This document shows positions 25,601 to 38,295 of a stretch of 64,000 nt of DNA, one piece after another. This DNA is from Chrysomallon squamiferum. Lineage: Eukaryota; Animalia; Mollusca. Numbering within the stretch: the stretch's first letter is position 1; each line of letters starts with the position of its first letter. Both the position numbers and the translations under genes were made by a program. The stretch covers positions 17,546,001-17,610,000 of the forward strand of contig CM022670.1 of NCBI GenBank assembly GCA_012295275.1, in the 5' to 3' direction. The notes beneath the pieces were generated by a model. The model searched no databases. It was not told the DNA's origin and worked only from the letters and a program-made list of their open reading frames with translations.

Positions 25601-28600
25601 ATAACAATAAGTCTCGAAGAGTTTGAGGCAGGAATTGGATTTTTCGAGATTTACCTTCAGCATCCACTAACTGGAAAAAAAAATAATAATAAAAATTAAT
25701 AATAAAAAAAACAATAATAAAAAAAAAAAAATAATAAAAAATAATAATAATAATAATAATAATAAAAAGGTTAAGCAAATTTGTTTTCATCATAACTATT
25801 CAATACTGTCACTACTGTTATCAGTACTTCAGTTTAAAATATATATTTTAGTATACTCATAGTTATTTCTATAACACTTCATATAGGTTTACAACTAACA
25901 AAAAAACTTTTTATGGAAATGCAACCAAAATCTTACTTCTAAATTCTGGAACAGTTCCCCCATTAAAAGAGTCAAGCCACATGCTCTTTCTACTGTGTGT
26001 GGGTTTGACAACAAATGATCTCTTAAATTAAAGTCTTGCTGACATCTGAAACAAAATAAATATAGAGAAACATAATTATTAATGACCAACAAGAACCAAA
26101 CACTGAACAAATATTTAAGTGGGGCTAAACATAAATTCATAAATTTAGCTTACCTATTACACATCATAGTTAGATATAAAACAATCCTCTTTACATTAAC
26201 ATCTCCTAGATTCAAATGTTTGATTTTACAACATTAGGGGAAGACTCATACTGCTGCAAGAAATCTTACATGTGCACATTCTCTTACAGCATCAGGTACA
26301 GCAAGATTTTCAGTGCACACATTACTGTTTATTACTGGACAAGTGGGAACACAAAGGAAGACTGATAAACAGTAATTCCTTCCAAGGTGGCAAGTTCCAT
26401 GTACAAACATTATTACCTTCGTAAAAATTCATTCCTGAAGTTGGCAAATACTGGATGTTCTTTTAAAACACTGCAGATATGTTGACAAACTCTGGCTCCC
26501 GTATAACGAAAATTGGGTTCTAATATACTCTGAAAAAAAAAAAAAAAAAAGAGAAAAATTATAATTAAAAAAAATTGAAAAATTTAAAATATTTAAAATA
26601 AATATTTTTATGTTAAACTAAATATTCCTTTGTTGTAAATCAGGTTAAAATATCGACAACAGTAACAAAACATTTCCATCAATTTATCTTTTAAACAATA
26701 ATGATAATACATCTTTTTTTTTAAATTTGAAAAAAATAATAATTAAAAAATAAAGCACTGAAAATATATTAAGAAAATGCTTTTCAATAATATAATTTTC
26801 CTTCTAATAAATTATCTACTATTACTAGAAAATACAAATACCGTTTGTCAACACTGACAAATTATCATGAATGTACAACAATAATTTGATTTTTAATCTC
26901 TCTCCAGTACTTTTTACATGTGCTAGAAGAATACTTAATTTAAACAGTGTTAAATTTTAAATAATAATTTATTTATTTAACAACTCTTTACAACTTTTTA
27001 TATCTCTAACATAAAACTTATTTTGTACAAGATAGCAAATATGCTTCAGCAATACATGAGGTATGCATTATAATTGCAGTGCTTTGTATAAGTACTCTTT
27101 CCCATGAAAGAGATGACACATACTATGCTTTTGATAAAATTAGACACCACACACGGGCAGAGAGTAGAATTAGAAATAGTTTAAAAGGCACACAGAGCAA
27201 CAGACAAATTATTAACAAATGAGTTTTACCATGTTTCTAACATAATAGCTGTTAAACACAAATGTTCACACCTGTTCATATAGAAGTTCTATGATCTGCT
27301 GCATGAGTTCTGATGCATTAATTGCCCTGAACATTTCACACATGGGTCGCATGTATTCCTCCATGTTGCCTGGGTTTGTTGTAAGAATAAGCAAAGTATT
27401 TCGAAACTCATCCACAAGGTCAGGGTATACTGGCTGCTTGAAAATGGAAAAAAAAAAAAAAAAATTAATTAATTAAACTTTTGATACAAGAAACCAAATT
27501 TTATTTTTCTGCTTTTAAAATTGAGTTTATATATCAATGATTTTAATTTTTATTCTAGCATTTTCTTAAATTGATGAGTTATGAATAACAAAGCTTTCCT
27601 TTATTTCTACTTAAATAAAAAATAAAAATAAAATAAAAATATAAAGCCTGCCAAATACAACTTACCGGTATTACTAACCTAAGTTAAAAAAATGAAGTTT
27701 TCATATTCATTAATGCCAAGATATATTATTATATAGCCTGCATCATGTGTATAATTATGTTTATTTCCATTATTAGAACAAAGCATCAATGTCAGAAATT
27801 TAAAACAACTTGATGAACAACAAATCATCAAGTATAGTCATTACTTAATAAGCATCTTTAAAATAAAAGGTTTTACAAATAATAATGAAAAAAACACACA
27901 CCTCCCCCCAAATTTTTTATTTTTTTTAATTTTTTTTTAAAATAGTCTATACAAAATACTAAATTAAATTTTTAGCAGGATTAGCCATCAGCCTGTTATA
28001 TATCATTGTTATCTAGCTTTATACTATATCCAGTCTTGTACCAGAATATCATAGGAAGAAAAGTATCACTAAAACAACAGATTTTTCTGCCTTTTATAAT
28101 ATGACAGAAGAAACTACCTCTATATTTTTTAAAAGGTTAAAGGAATTGAGTGAAAAAAGAGAGAGAAAGAATAAAGAATAAAAGAAAAAATTAAAAACAA
28201 AAGAATCATTTTATAATTATGATTGTATTATTTTGTATATAAATTACAATTTTTAAAAACAATTTACATTTAATAAAAACGATTATCTTCAAATTTTTAA
28301 ATACGAATATAAGCACTTCATCAGATATTCATACAAACATATATACAGAAGAGAAGAAAAAAAATGATAAAATAAGTAACAGATTCTAATGCCAATACAA
28401 AAATATAATAACATAACTAGTAGTAAGCACTAAATAAATAATTTCAAAATGAGGAAAGCATTATTCAGAAGACACATTAAGAGCTAAAAATAAATTATAT
28501 ATCTGAAGAATTTTTTTTTTTTTTAAATTACAAGCTAGAAAAAAGATGGAAAGAAGAAAAAGCAGTGATGGTAAATTATGTTGAGCAATAAGAAAAAAGT

Positions 28601-31600
28601 TGAAAATATTAAAGTTTTGTCAAATATCTGTTTGTAAATACTTAGTTTATAATTAGTTATTAACTAAGTTTTGAAAACTGCAAAACTTTTACATAAAATA
28701 AAATAATCAATAATAATAATAATAATAATAATAATACAGAAATCAAAATTTTAGGAAAAAACACCTTAATAATAAAACTATATAATATATATATATATTT
28801 TTTTTTTGAATGAACACATGAATGAACTAAAATCTTCACATTTATAAATGTTTTGTTATCAAACGTTAACATATGGATATTTGTTACCAACCTCTTCTTC
28901 TACCAAAAAATACAGCATTTTCTGTTATAATAAAAACAGATTACTTTATATTGCTGTTATGAATGAAAGTAAATATTAAATTTTAACTAGCAAGACATTT
29001 TGCTTTGATACTGTAGGATTTAATGAGAGGCAGGAGTGGATGTGGTTAAGGAAATATACAAATATGATACATTGTATATAAATACCATAATCCATTATAA
29101 ACAAAGATGTTAAATACCTGTAACACTGCCATTAGTAGTGTACATACAAACTACAAACTACTAAAGTGAAATGAAACTCATTATCCACAGCACTTTATTT
29201 CACTTCAAATTATTACTATTCACACATCTGTATTAAGAAAAACATCAACCCACACATTTTAATACTTTTGTCAGCTAGATAATAATACAAGCTGTTTTGA
29301 CCACCACACAAGACATTTAGCTGCTACAGAATGTTATACAACATTTACTCATTTTTATCACAGCTTGAGATTAAATGATATGTATGTTCAGCAGCATCAG
29401 CTGTTTTTATTATTGATTTGTGACATACCTGCAAGAAGTGGCACACTGCTCTGGTATAAATATTAAGCAGGAAGAAAGTGAGGTGGCATTGCAGCTTTGG
29501 GAATATACTTCAACAGAAGCAAGATATGTTAAGTGTTTAATATATGTGCAAGCAACATGCAAATATATCTCTGATTCCTTATCTTCTCACACATTTTGCA
29601 TCAGGCATGAACATCAAATATCCTTCATTCATTTCTCAAACACACCACACACATTCTCTAAGCTAGACACAGAGGTTATGATACAATTTCCATATTTCAC
29701 TGCACAAACCATAGAGTCAAATTCTATGTGAAATACAAAATGCATGTTCTTGTTTTGTCAAATGCACATATTGTAACAAGCACACTGAATGTATGCATAT
29801 TCTACTTTCACATCATACACACATCAGAAGCATATTGTTTATAAATAACTGATATGCTACACATCATGCATACTAGGTGTTAAGGAAAACAGCACCAAAC
29901 ACTGATAGCAGAATAAAATGTTTAAGAACCTGTGATGAATTCTGTCTGGGCACAAATGGTGTGGCTTCCACTGAAAGTGAGGGCTTCTCACCTGTGCTTT
30001 GGGTGGTCTAGAACACAATAGGCAAAACGCTGTGTTAGAAACCCAGTCATAGCCCAATGATAACAGAAATTGTCTTACATTTTCATCTTCATGATTTACA
30101 CAACTGCTTATGTTTCTTCCACTTTGTAGCAATAAATTATTACTGTATCTTATATTTTGAACAATTAATTTGAACCACAAGTTTGAAATAAACAAAACAA
30201 ATTTCAACACATTCACACTGTCAAATAAAATAAATTTTCAAATTAAACTACATTACAGGTACACCACCTATTTTCCAGCATTCTTGGTTCCAAAGCCTTG
30301 CCAGATTAACTATTTTACCAGACCAACTGTGGTCATGTAATAATAATTCATCAACACACCTCTAACCCACCACTTATACGAATCTCATGTAAATTGAATA
30401 AATAAACAAAATACAGGTTCTTGTGCAAAAGTACATTATATCCCTTTGCTTCTTTATATCATAAACAGCTGATGAACCAATACTGTAGAAGTCACACAGT
30501 TATGCATCAAAATACCATGGTCCATCTTTTTCAAGTTTATCTTTGACTGATATGAACTGGTGTTTACAGTGACACCACAACTAACATTCTCATCTCTCTT
30601 AGAAGCCATAGCTAGAGTTAAATTCAAGCAAAATAAGCTACAAATTTTGCAGAATTGCAGTATCACAACCAACAAGTGCAGACTGTAAATAAGTATGCCC
30701 TAGACACAATGCCATCTGTAGCTGACCAATAAAATAGTTTGGTGGTCATGGGAATTTCAAGCTCCCTCATGTAACTTTGTCTGGACTAAAAGAGGTGCCA
30801 AACCATCAGCTGCCAGAAATTCAGTGGTGTGCCTGTACTAAGGTTAAAGAAAACAACTGATTTTTTTGTACAACCTAAACCTACCTGGATATATCATATT
30901 ATCTAGACAGTACTGATTTCAGTGAACAAAGAGATTAAGTTAATGAATTTTGATTAGGTTATACAAATAATGAACTTGGGTTATGATATATATATATATA
31001 CACACATATATTTTACAGACCTCAGTTTCACACATATATATATATATATATATATTGTTGACCCTAGATTACATGGACTAATATGTAAAACGTAAAAATT
31101 TGGGAAATCATGAAAGCAAATATTAACCCTAAAATGTACTGAAACTTTAAACTTTTAGTACACATAACAGCTATATAATAAGTAATATAATTATGTTAGA
31201 ACAATATAAAGACATAAAAACAATGTAAACAAACGTTATAGTACATGTAAAGAAACATGTACAGTAGACAAATGTAGGCTAGGCTGAGTGAAGTTGGTTA
31301 GTTTAGGATGGTTATTTGTGCAATTGTAAAATTTACTCTTAACTTGATAGAAAGTAGGTTGACAGGGTTTCTGTGGTCATATAGAGGATACTTGGAATAA
31401 CTAAAGAGGTAAGAATTCAAATGGGAAATTATACAAGCTAAAATAAATAGATTTTTCAAGATTTGGACTGGATCTCCCACAGTATGTGAAACTGAGGTCA
31501 GTATATACATACACACAACAGAGTTAACCCTATTCTTTCCTCATTAAGAAAATGTGTAGAACTTTGTTTATTATCCCCTTATTAATTTTTAGACTTCAAA

Positions 31601-32839
31601 ACTTCTACCTGTAAAGTTCAAGATAAAAATAATAAAAATAAAAATAATAATAATAATAATAATAATAATACAGAAAAATTGACTGTCACCTTTCATTCTC
31701 AAGTCAGAAATGTGAAAATGTTCGTAATTCCAAAATGCAGTCAAGATCTGGTTTGATGTGATGGTAACATATTTCCTGTTTTAACTTCATTTCAACATAG
31801 GCTATTTCATACAAATATTAACCTGGTCCATTCCAGTCAATTTGTATATAAAACAAGTAACAGTTTCTGAACACAAATGTGTTGAATTAATAGTATAAAT
31901 AGTTACCATAGTATATCGTGGAACAAATTCTGTGGCATTTACATTGAAGGCAAATGTTGGCCGAGGTTGTTTACTATCATTTTCATTTTCTGCAGCAGTG
32001 GCATTGTTGTTTTGATTTAGGCCTGAAACAACAAAATGATATATCAAACAATAAGTTCCTAAATATACTGTGTTAAGTACAATGAACACATTTTTGTTCA
32101 AGTGTTTTAAAGTACTTCTTCTATAAAGAATTACACATTCTAAGACTATCCAGTCTACTCACAGTCCAACAATTTGAAATAATCTGATCATAAGAATGAA
32201 GTCCAGACTTGTTAAGAAATAGTCCAAACTGTTTCGTTTAAATTCTGTGAATATGTGATGCATTTTGGGTAAATCTCTAGGTTTCAGTCTCATCATGTTA
32301 TTATTACAGAATCAAAAGGTATCTAAACATGTACAAAACTTTGATACAGCTGCTGTATTATCAACATGTAACAGCTGTTATTCTGCTGCTTCATTTTTGC
32401 ATTATTTTTCAATATCAGTCTTACAATATCATGAATATGATATAATATTAATATTTAGATTATTATCATTATACTGTAATACATTATTCTCATGCAATCA
32501 CAAAAATTCTCACTATGAGTAAAACAATTATATATTGCACATTAAAATAGCTTTATCCGTTTTCTTCAAGTTTTTATTAATTATCATCATTATTATTCCA
32601 GATTTACTACTATCGGCTATATCTGTATTCATTATGCATGACATTGTATATTATGGACCAATGATGACCAGAAATTTAATTCTGATTCATCAAGGGAATC
32701 AACAAAAACAGAATCAAAATGTCACAAGCGCATGTAACTAACCGCTTAGCAGACGAGCCTGAGTTTCTGTATTCGGTTGTCTCAAAGACTGTCTCTTATT
32801 TTGGTCGTCTCCTATAAAATTGGAATTAGCACCTTCCAT
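22644..32839 (-). CDS. PAIP1: Polyadenylate-binding protein-interacting protein 1 (PAM2 + MIF4G + acidic C-terminus), 11 exons, ~420 aa
   Basis: Exons 32743-32839, 31907-32022, 27272-27433 (or 27436), 26417-26529, 25937-26045, 25545-25670, 24946-25043, 24544-24676, 24245-24325, 23361-23515, 22644-22716, with all phases consistent. PAM2 motif FAFNVNATEFVP. MIF4G signatures EPNFRYTGARVC, LLMGELFQNLE, CACQLLKLCGAAME, LKLRDSDWG. TEPIFYNASGQP and the C-terminal MDDEMVEDFEEF parallel vertebrate PAIP1. Confidence 0.92.
23130..23360. repeat. ~20-bp degenerate minisatellite in PAIP1 intron 10
   Basis: Recurring units resembling ATCACAACT..CTGTGTT.TTAT, running up to the exon 10 donor. Confidence 0.6.
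23631..23920. repeat. ~163-bp-period duplication in PAIP1 intron 9
   Basis: AAAAT(A/G)TCATTAATAATATTTAA...TATTTATTT...TCTTATT(A/G)ATAA begins at ~23631 and again at ~23794. Confidence 0.7.
24406..24585. repeat. ~77-bp tandem duplication spanning the PAIP1 exon 8 donor
   Basis: Near-identical copies at 24406-24476 and 24484-24553. The unit includes the last ~14 codons of exon 8 and its 5' splice site. Confidence 0.9.
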
Positions 32840-33646
32840 TTCTACTACTTAACAACCCAGGATATGTCCGGGCCAGTTGCTTTATTTTTTAACGTATGTA
32901 TATGATACAAATATTGCAACAAATTCTTCTTCTCTTCTTCAACAAACCGATTAACTCCGAAACTGCTTTGTGACTTCAGTAACGTGATGATCTCGAAGCA
33001 GTTATCTCCATACACGAAAATTAATTGCCTACTATAGCGCATGCGCAGTTCTCTAAATGCATCAATGTTTATTTGTTTTCTTTTCCTTTCCATCTTTTCC
33101 TTTTAATTTTTTTTCATCTTCTTTTTTAAATTTGTATTTCGTTTATTAAATGATATGTTTAAATAAATAATTTCAAGAACGGAATAAAACAAACTCTGAT
33201 GGTGCTGACACTGTGCCACTGGATGAGAGGTTAAGAGGGGTTTGTGTGAACATTTCTGCTCGGTATGCCCACTGTGATACTAAATGCCATGGTATATATT
33301 TTTCTGTCTATGAAAAGAAGATAACAAAGATCCCTTGCTGAACAATCGAACGAAACTATCAAATATTAACCAAATATCAGGAAATTGTTTGAGAGTGCAT
33401 CACGCGTTTAAAAAAATAATTTAGTAATTTAGTAAATTAATTTAAAAACAGCACATTACAACAAATAAGTAACTAAGATTTGTAGCTCATCTATTTATGT
33501 TTCGTTTCATTTTACTTTGAATTAGACATTGAAATATTTATTTAGCAGGAACGCATGTACAGTCATAGACTGATAATTGTATCGACATTGTTTAATCATA
33601 TATTTATAGCAAGCGGAACACAGTTTAAAATATTTGTTATGAAAAC
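32840..33646. promoter_or_regulatory. Divergent (likely bidirectional) PAIP1/BRX1 promoter region with a perfect NRF1/EWG palindrome
   Basis: Start codons are 807 bp apart on opposite strands. The region is CpG-enriched relative to its flanks and carries GCGCATGCGC at 33037-33046. Confidence 0.7.
33270..33420 (+). mobile_element. Decayed SINE-like relic between PAIP1 and BRX1
   Basis: CTGTCT at 33304 and AAAGATCCCTTGCTG at 33326-33340, with the same core and nearly the same spacing as 11231-11264. Confidence 0.4.
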
Positions 33647-36600
33647 ATGGTCAACATGAAACGTAAACGAGCACGTGAAAATACCGAAATCCCATCCAGC
33701 ACAAAAAAGTCAAAATCTGAAGTTATATTACCTGCAGTTGTTACTTCAGATGCCCAGGTTCAACGACAGGTAAATATAAATTAATGTTATTATTTATTTA
33801 TTTATTTCAATATTTGTAAATAATAATAATAATAATAATTAATAATAATAATTAATAATCTTAACAAGTTCAAATTATATATTATATAATTGATATAATA
33901 TTATACTCGGTCTGGTGGCATTACTTTAGTAACATTTCTTTTATTGTTTTCAGACAAAATGGATAAACAAACAGAGGGTGTTAATTTTTTCATCTCGTGG
34001 CATTTCATTCCGAGCCAGGCATTTAATGAATGATTTGAGAACTCTAATGCCACATTCAAAATCTGGTAATTAAAACACTAAACACTATTTATATTCTGCA
34101 CTTTAAAATGTAATAACATTGGTTTCAAAACATTTTATACACTTCCACTGAATCACAATCAGAGTTTTTTTTTAAAACTCATTTGTGAAGTATTGGTACA
34201 GCAATAATAAATACAGAGATTAATTTATTCCGTATTTTCTCATATACTGAGTACACATCGCATCATATTTTGTATGGAAGTGGAGGAGCTCTTGGCTTGT
34301 TCATATTTAATAGCATAACATTAAATTTTTACATTTCTATGTAATTGTAAAGCATAAGTAAGGTAAGGTAATGAAAGTCGCTGAATTGTCAAGTACATAT
34401 TATATTCTTGTAATCTGTTTTTAGCAGAAGTTAAATTACAAAACATCCCTCTTCCTTTTACTGATTATTTATGCATATTATTTATTTTTCACTTCAGAGT
34501 CAAAACTGGACAGAAAAGACAAATTGTTTGTAATTAATGAGGTAAGTGTTGAATAGCTAGTTTGTTTATTTTGTTAAGATCAGTTGGATATTAAATTGTT
34601 ATTTTATAATGGGAAGATCACTTATTAAGTATCTAATGGTTTATACAGTTTATTTTGTATGGATCACTATTCAGGGCCTTTTTGATCAGTATCACACAAT
34701 ATGTGAAAGAAATGCCTACTTTTTCTGTTGGCATATGCCAATTTAAAAAAAAAAATTAAGTATCATATGATTGATTTTCATTAGCTGGTAATAAAATGCA
34801 TCAAAACATTTTTTTTCAGGTTTGTGAAATGAAGAACTGCAATAAATGTCTTTTCTTTGAGGGCAAGAAAAAACAAGATCTGTATCTTTGGTAAGATTTT
34901 ATATTGTTAATTGTTTTTAGTGTTTTTATTTATTTATAGGGAAACATTTTTAAATTTTTTTTAATTAAATTTATTTTAAAGTCTCTACTAAGCAAACTGA
35001 TTATTTTTTTTTTTTTTTTTTTTTTTTAAATATTTCAGGGCAGCAAATACACCAAGAGGTCCATCAGCTAAATTTCTGGTAGAGAATGGTGAGTTCATCC
35101 AGACTATTTATTTTGTTTTTAATAAAATTAACAAATTGTTCTGTATATTTGTTGTTTTACATTTATTTTACAAATAGTATGTATCGTTTTAAATTCCTGA
35201 TCTGTTTTTTGTACTTGTGAAAAATAGTTTTTTAACTGAACACCACCTAGTCAGAAAATACTTGTTAGTAAAGTGCTACATGAATGTTACTCTTTGCAGT
35301 TCACACTATGATGGAGCTGAAAATGACCGGAAATTGTTTGAAATCATCAAGACCTCTTTTGTCCTTCCATAAGGTTTGTAAATTTATTACTTGGATTTTA
35401 CAGAATTTGCTTGCTGTTAACATTTATTTGATTGGAAAAGACAGGACTCATCTTCTGTTGGCAATACAAGCAAGTCCCTGAGGCAGTACCTATTTTGTGA
35501 TACATTTATAAATTGTGTTTTTCAGATTTTTGATGAACAGCCACATTGGAAACTTCTGAAGGAATTATTTATACAAGTATGTCACCAAACAGTTATTCAG
35601 ATTCTTGGTAAAATAATGAAACCTCAACAAATTGACGTAAATATTTAGAGAACTCACATTAACTGAAAATTTGTTTTATCACTTAATGCTAGGATTTCAT
35701 TTTAAACAGTACAACACTGGGCATATTTATATTTATTGGGAAGATGAATGAAAGAATATTAAATTAATTTTCAGAATGTTGCATATAATTACAAACTAGG
35801 CTCTTAACTATTTACACATATTGTTTACATATAGATTTACATGTTTAACTCTGAACCAGAATGAGAATGAAGATTCTTACATAGTTTAATGATTTTTGGT
35901 GTTTCTTTTTCTCCAGATATTTGGGACTCCTAATCATCATCCAAAAAGTCAGCCGTTCTTTGATCATGTGTTTATGTTTTCTGTTGTTGACAATCGAGTA
36001 TGGTTTCGTAATTACCAGATTCTAGAGGAAGATGGGTCTCTGGCGGAAATAGGTACTGGTATTTGTACAACAATATTTAAATTATGTAATTTAGTTCTTT
36101 GTAGAAAATATAACTGTTTTAATTGTCTCAATCTGTCAGAAATAGTAATTTTCAGTTTACCATGAAGTTTTTGGAATGTTGGTTTCTGAAAATCATAATT
36201 TTTCTTTAATGAGGTATATTCCTTTCTTTCAGAATAAAATGTTAAGCTAGCTAGTTACATTTAGAACATTTTCTTCATTTTAATCAAATCATTTGTATTT
36301 TTTATTTTTACCATGAGGTTTCAGATAGATTTACTTGACTATTTTATTATTTCTTTAAATTTTAAAATAATTATCAGAAAGTGAAATATTTACTGTTGCA
36401 GGTCCCAGGTTTGTGTTGAATCCTATCAGGATTTTTGAGGGCAGTTTTGGTGGACCAACTCTTTATCAGAATCCTCACTACGTTTCACCTAATGAGGTAC
36501 TTTTGTTATTATTAGACATTCATTTTTGGAAAAGTCCGAATAAAAGATATTAACAAATTATTCTGATCACCATAAAATACCAATATTAAAAGTATATCCA

Positions 36601-37095
36601 TGGGCTTTTTTTAATATTCGCACTTAAAACATGACATTTTGAGCCCCATAATGTGATTTAGAAATACAAGTACCACTGGTAAGAGAAACATTTCTTATCT
36701 GTTGGAATGTTTACAGAGAAAAAAAAAAGTTTTATTTTTCCCTCACCCTGTTTTTGGTAGTTTGTAAAATGAGAAAATATGGATTTTTAAACTTTCCACT
36801 TGAGAAAATGTAACATGATAAAAATTACTTCAGGAATTTCACACACGTAACAGTATTTTTGTGTATATTAATTCACATCACAGTTTGGTATTACTTCATT
36901 GGATAAATATGTTAATATTTTTTTCAGTATCGGAGGAAACTGAAAATGGCTATGGCAGGAAAGTACATAAGCAGAGTCGATGCTAAGAAATCTCTTGAAC
37001 TCAGACGACCAAAAGAATCATACAAAGCTGATCCAACAGATGACGTATTTCAAACAATAACAGAAGAAGATATTGAAGACATAAATAAAAGTTGA
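33647..37095 (+). CDS. BRIX1: Ribosome biogenesis protein BRX1 homolog (Brix domain), 10 exons, ~307 aa
   Basis: Exons 33647-33769, 33954-34065, 34498-34541, 34820-34890, 35039-35088, 35300-35373, 35526-35576, 35917-36052, 36402-36496, 36928-37095. Motifs KWINKQRVLIFSSRG, EVCEMKNCNKC, GPSAKFLVENVHT, ELKMTGNCLK, HPKSQPFFDHV, LAEIGPRFVLNPIRIFEGSFGGPTLY. Confidence 0.98.
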
Positions 37096-37128
37096 TAAAT
37101 AATTTTCATTTCACTACTGCTGTCTTTA

Positions 37129-37134
37129 AATAAA
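37129..37134 (+). terminator. Poly(A) signal AATAAA of BRX1
   Basis: Canonical hexamer 33 nt after the stop codon, followed by T-rich sequence. Confidence 0.6.
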
Positions 37135-37145
37135 ACTTTGAAACA

Positions 37146-37151
37146 TTTATT
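37146..37151 (-). terminator. Candidate distal poly(A) signal of brahma
   Basis: Plus-strand TTTATT is AATAAA on the minus strand, ~1.7 kb past the brahma stop. More proximal candidates lie at 38344-38349 and 38521-38526. Confidence 0.4.
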
Positions 37152-38203
37152 TTATCCTGTGAAATTCAAAAACTGATTACATAAAGTGAAAATGTAATTG
37201 GTGGTTTGCAAGTACTTCTGCTTCTGCTTAAAAGCACACTAAGTTTAATTTACAAATTTCACATGAATCCATTGTGACATCACTGAAGTATCATTGTGTA
37301 ATTAGGAAACTGATCCTTCAAACTTTTGTTATAATTCATAAAATTAAGCAATAAAAAATCCAAAAACACATTTCATTTATATTTGGAGAAAAATATTTAT
37401 GGTGTTATTCAAGAATATTTATATTATGTTGTTTTAATGCATAAATCAAAATGAATGTTTTCGGTTCTTGAAAAACAGCAAGACCATGGAAAATTTTCTG
37501 CTTTGGGAAATTTACATTTAGTGAGACATTTTCACATAAGTAGAAACAGTGGTTCTTATCTCCAATACACCACATAATTCAATCATTTTTAAATGCAATA
37601 TAAATATATTTAGACATATATACATACATATGTGTATATTGAGGGACAGAGCCAGAAGGTCGTAACTATTTTTGCCAATCAGAAATTTCTCTTCTCTTAT
37701 TGACATAGGTTTTTGAAATTTCACGTTTACAGCTTGTTGAGTAACTCATCTATTCAGAATTTTTCATGACAATAGTTCTAGTCATTAGTTCATCCCCCAG
37801 AATCACTTACGACATTTTGGCATATAAAAATCTCAGACTTAAAAGTCTTTAGTGTAAATAAGTACTTTTGGCATGAAGTGAATTGAGACGTATATAGGAA
37901 CAAAACATTGTAAGTGCTTATGTCATATGTTTTGATATATTCACCAAACAATCATGACCATAATGGTGTAATTGTCCTTGGGACATACTGGCAAAACAAT
38001 GTAATATGTGAATGTAGTAATTTCACTGGAACCAAAATGTCGTTAGTGCTTTTTGGCATTAACAAACATTCACTTGCTATCTACTGGTATACATTTTCTG
38101 TACCATCCCTTTGTTTAACTTGCACCAGTTATGCTGATTCCCACCATCTCTTTCACAAATGCTGGGGAGACCACTGATGTGTATATATGTGCACATATAC
38201 GTA

Positions 38204-38295
38204 TAGACAGACACAAACACACACACACATGAATATAAACACACACACACATGAATATGTACACACAACTCACGTGTGTGTGTGTGTGTTGTCTA
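38204..38295. repeat. (CA)n...(TG)n inverted repeat downstream of the brahma stop
   Basis: The TAGACAGACACAAACACACAC arm is complementary to GTGTGTGTGTGTTGTCTA. An internal 22-bp duplication AAACACACACACACATGAATAT is also present. Confidence 0.75.

Noticed and set aside
29420-30216. 103-aa (+) and 119-aa (-) ORFs inside PAIP1 intron 2 as a nested gene
   Set aside because: Non-ATG starts and no recognisable family. The block is treated as possible alternative 3' UTR instead.
30885-30902. 18-nt AG...GT microexon candidate in PAIP1 intron 2
   Set aside because: It has a TGA stop in the phase of exon 2 and would leave only a ~50-nt intron to the next acceptor; too weak.
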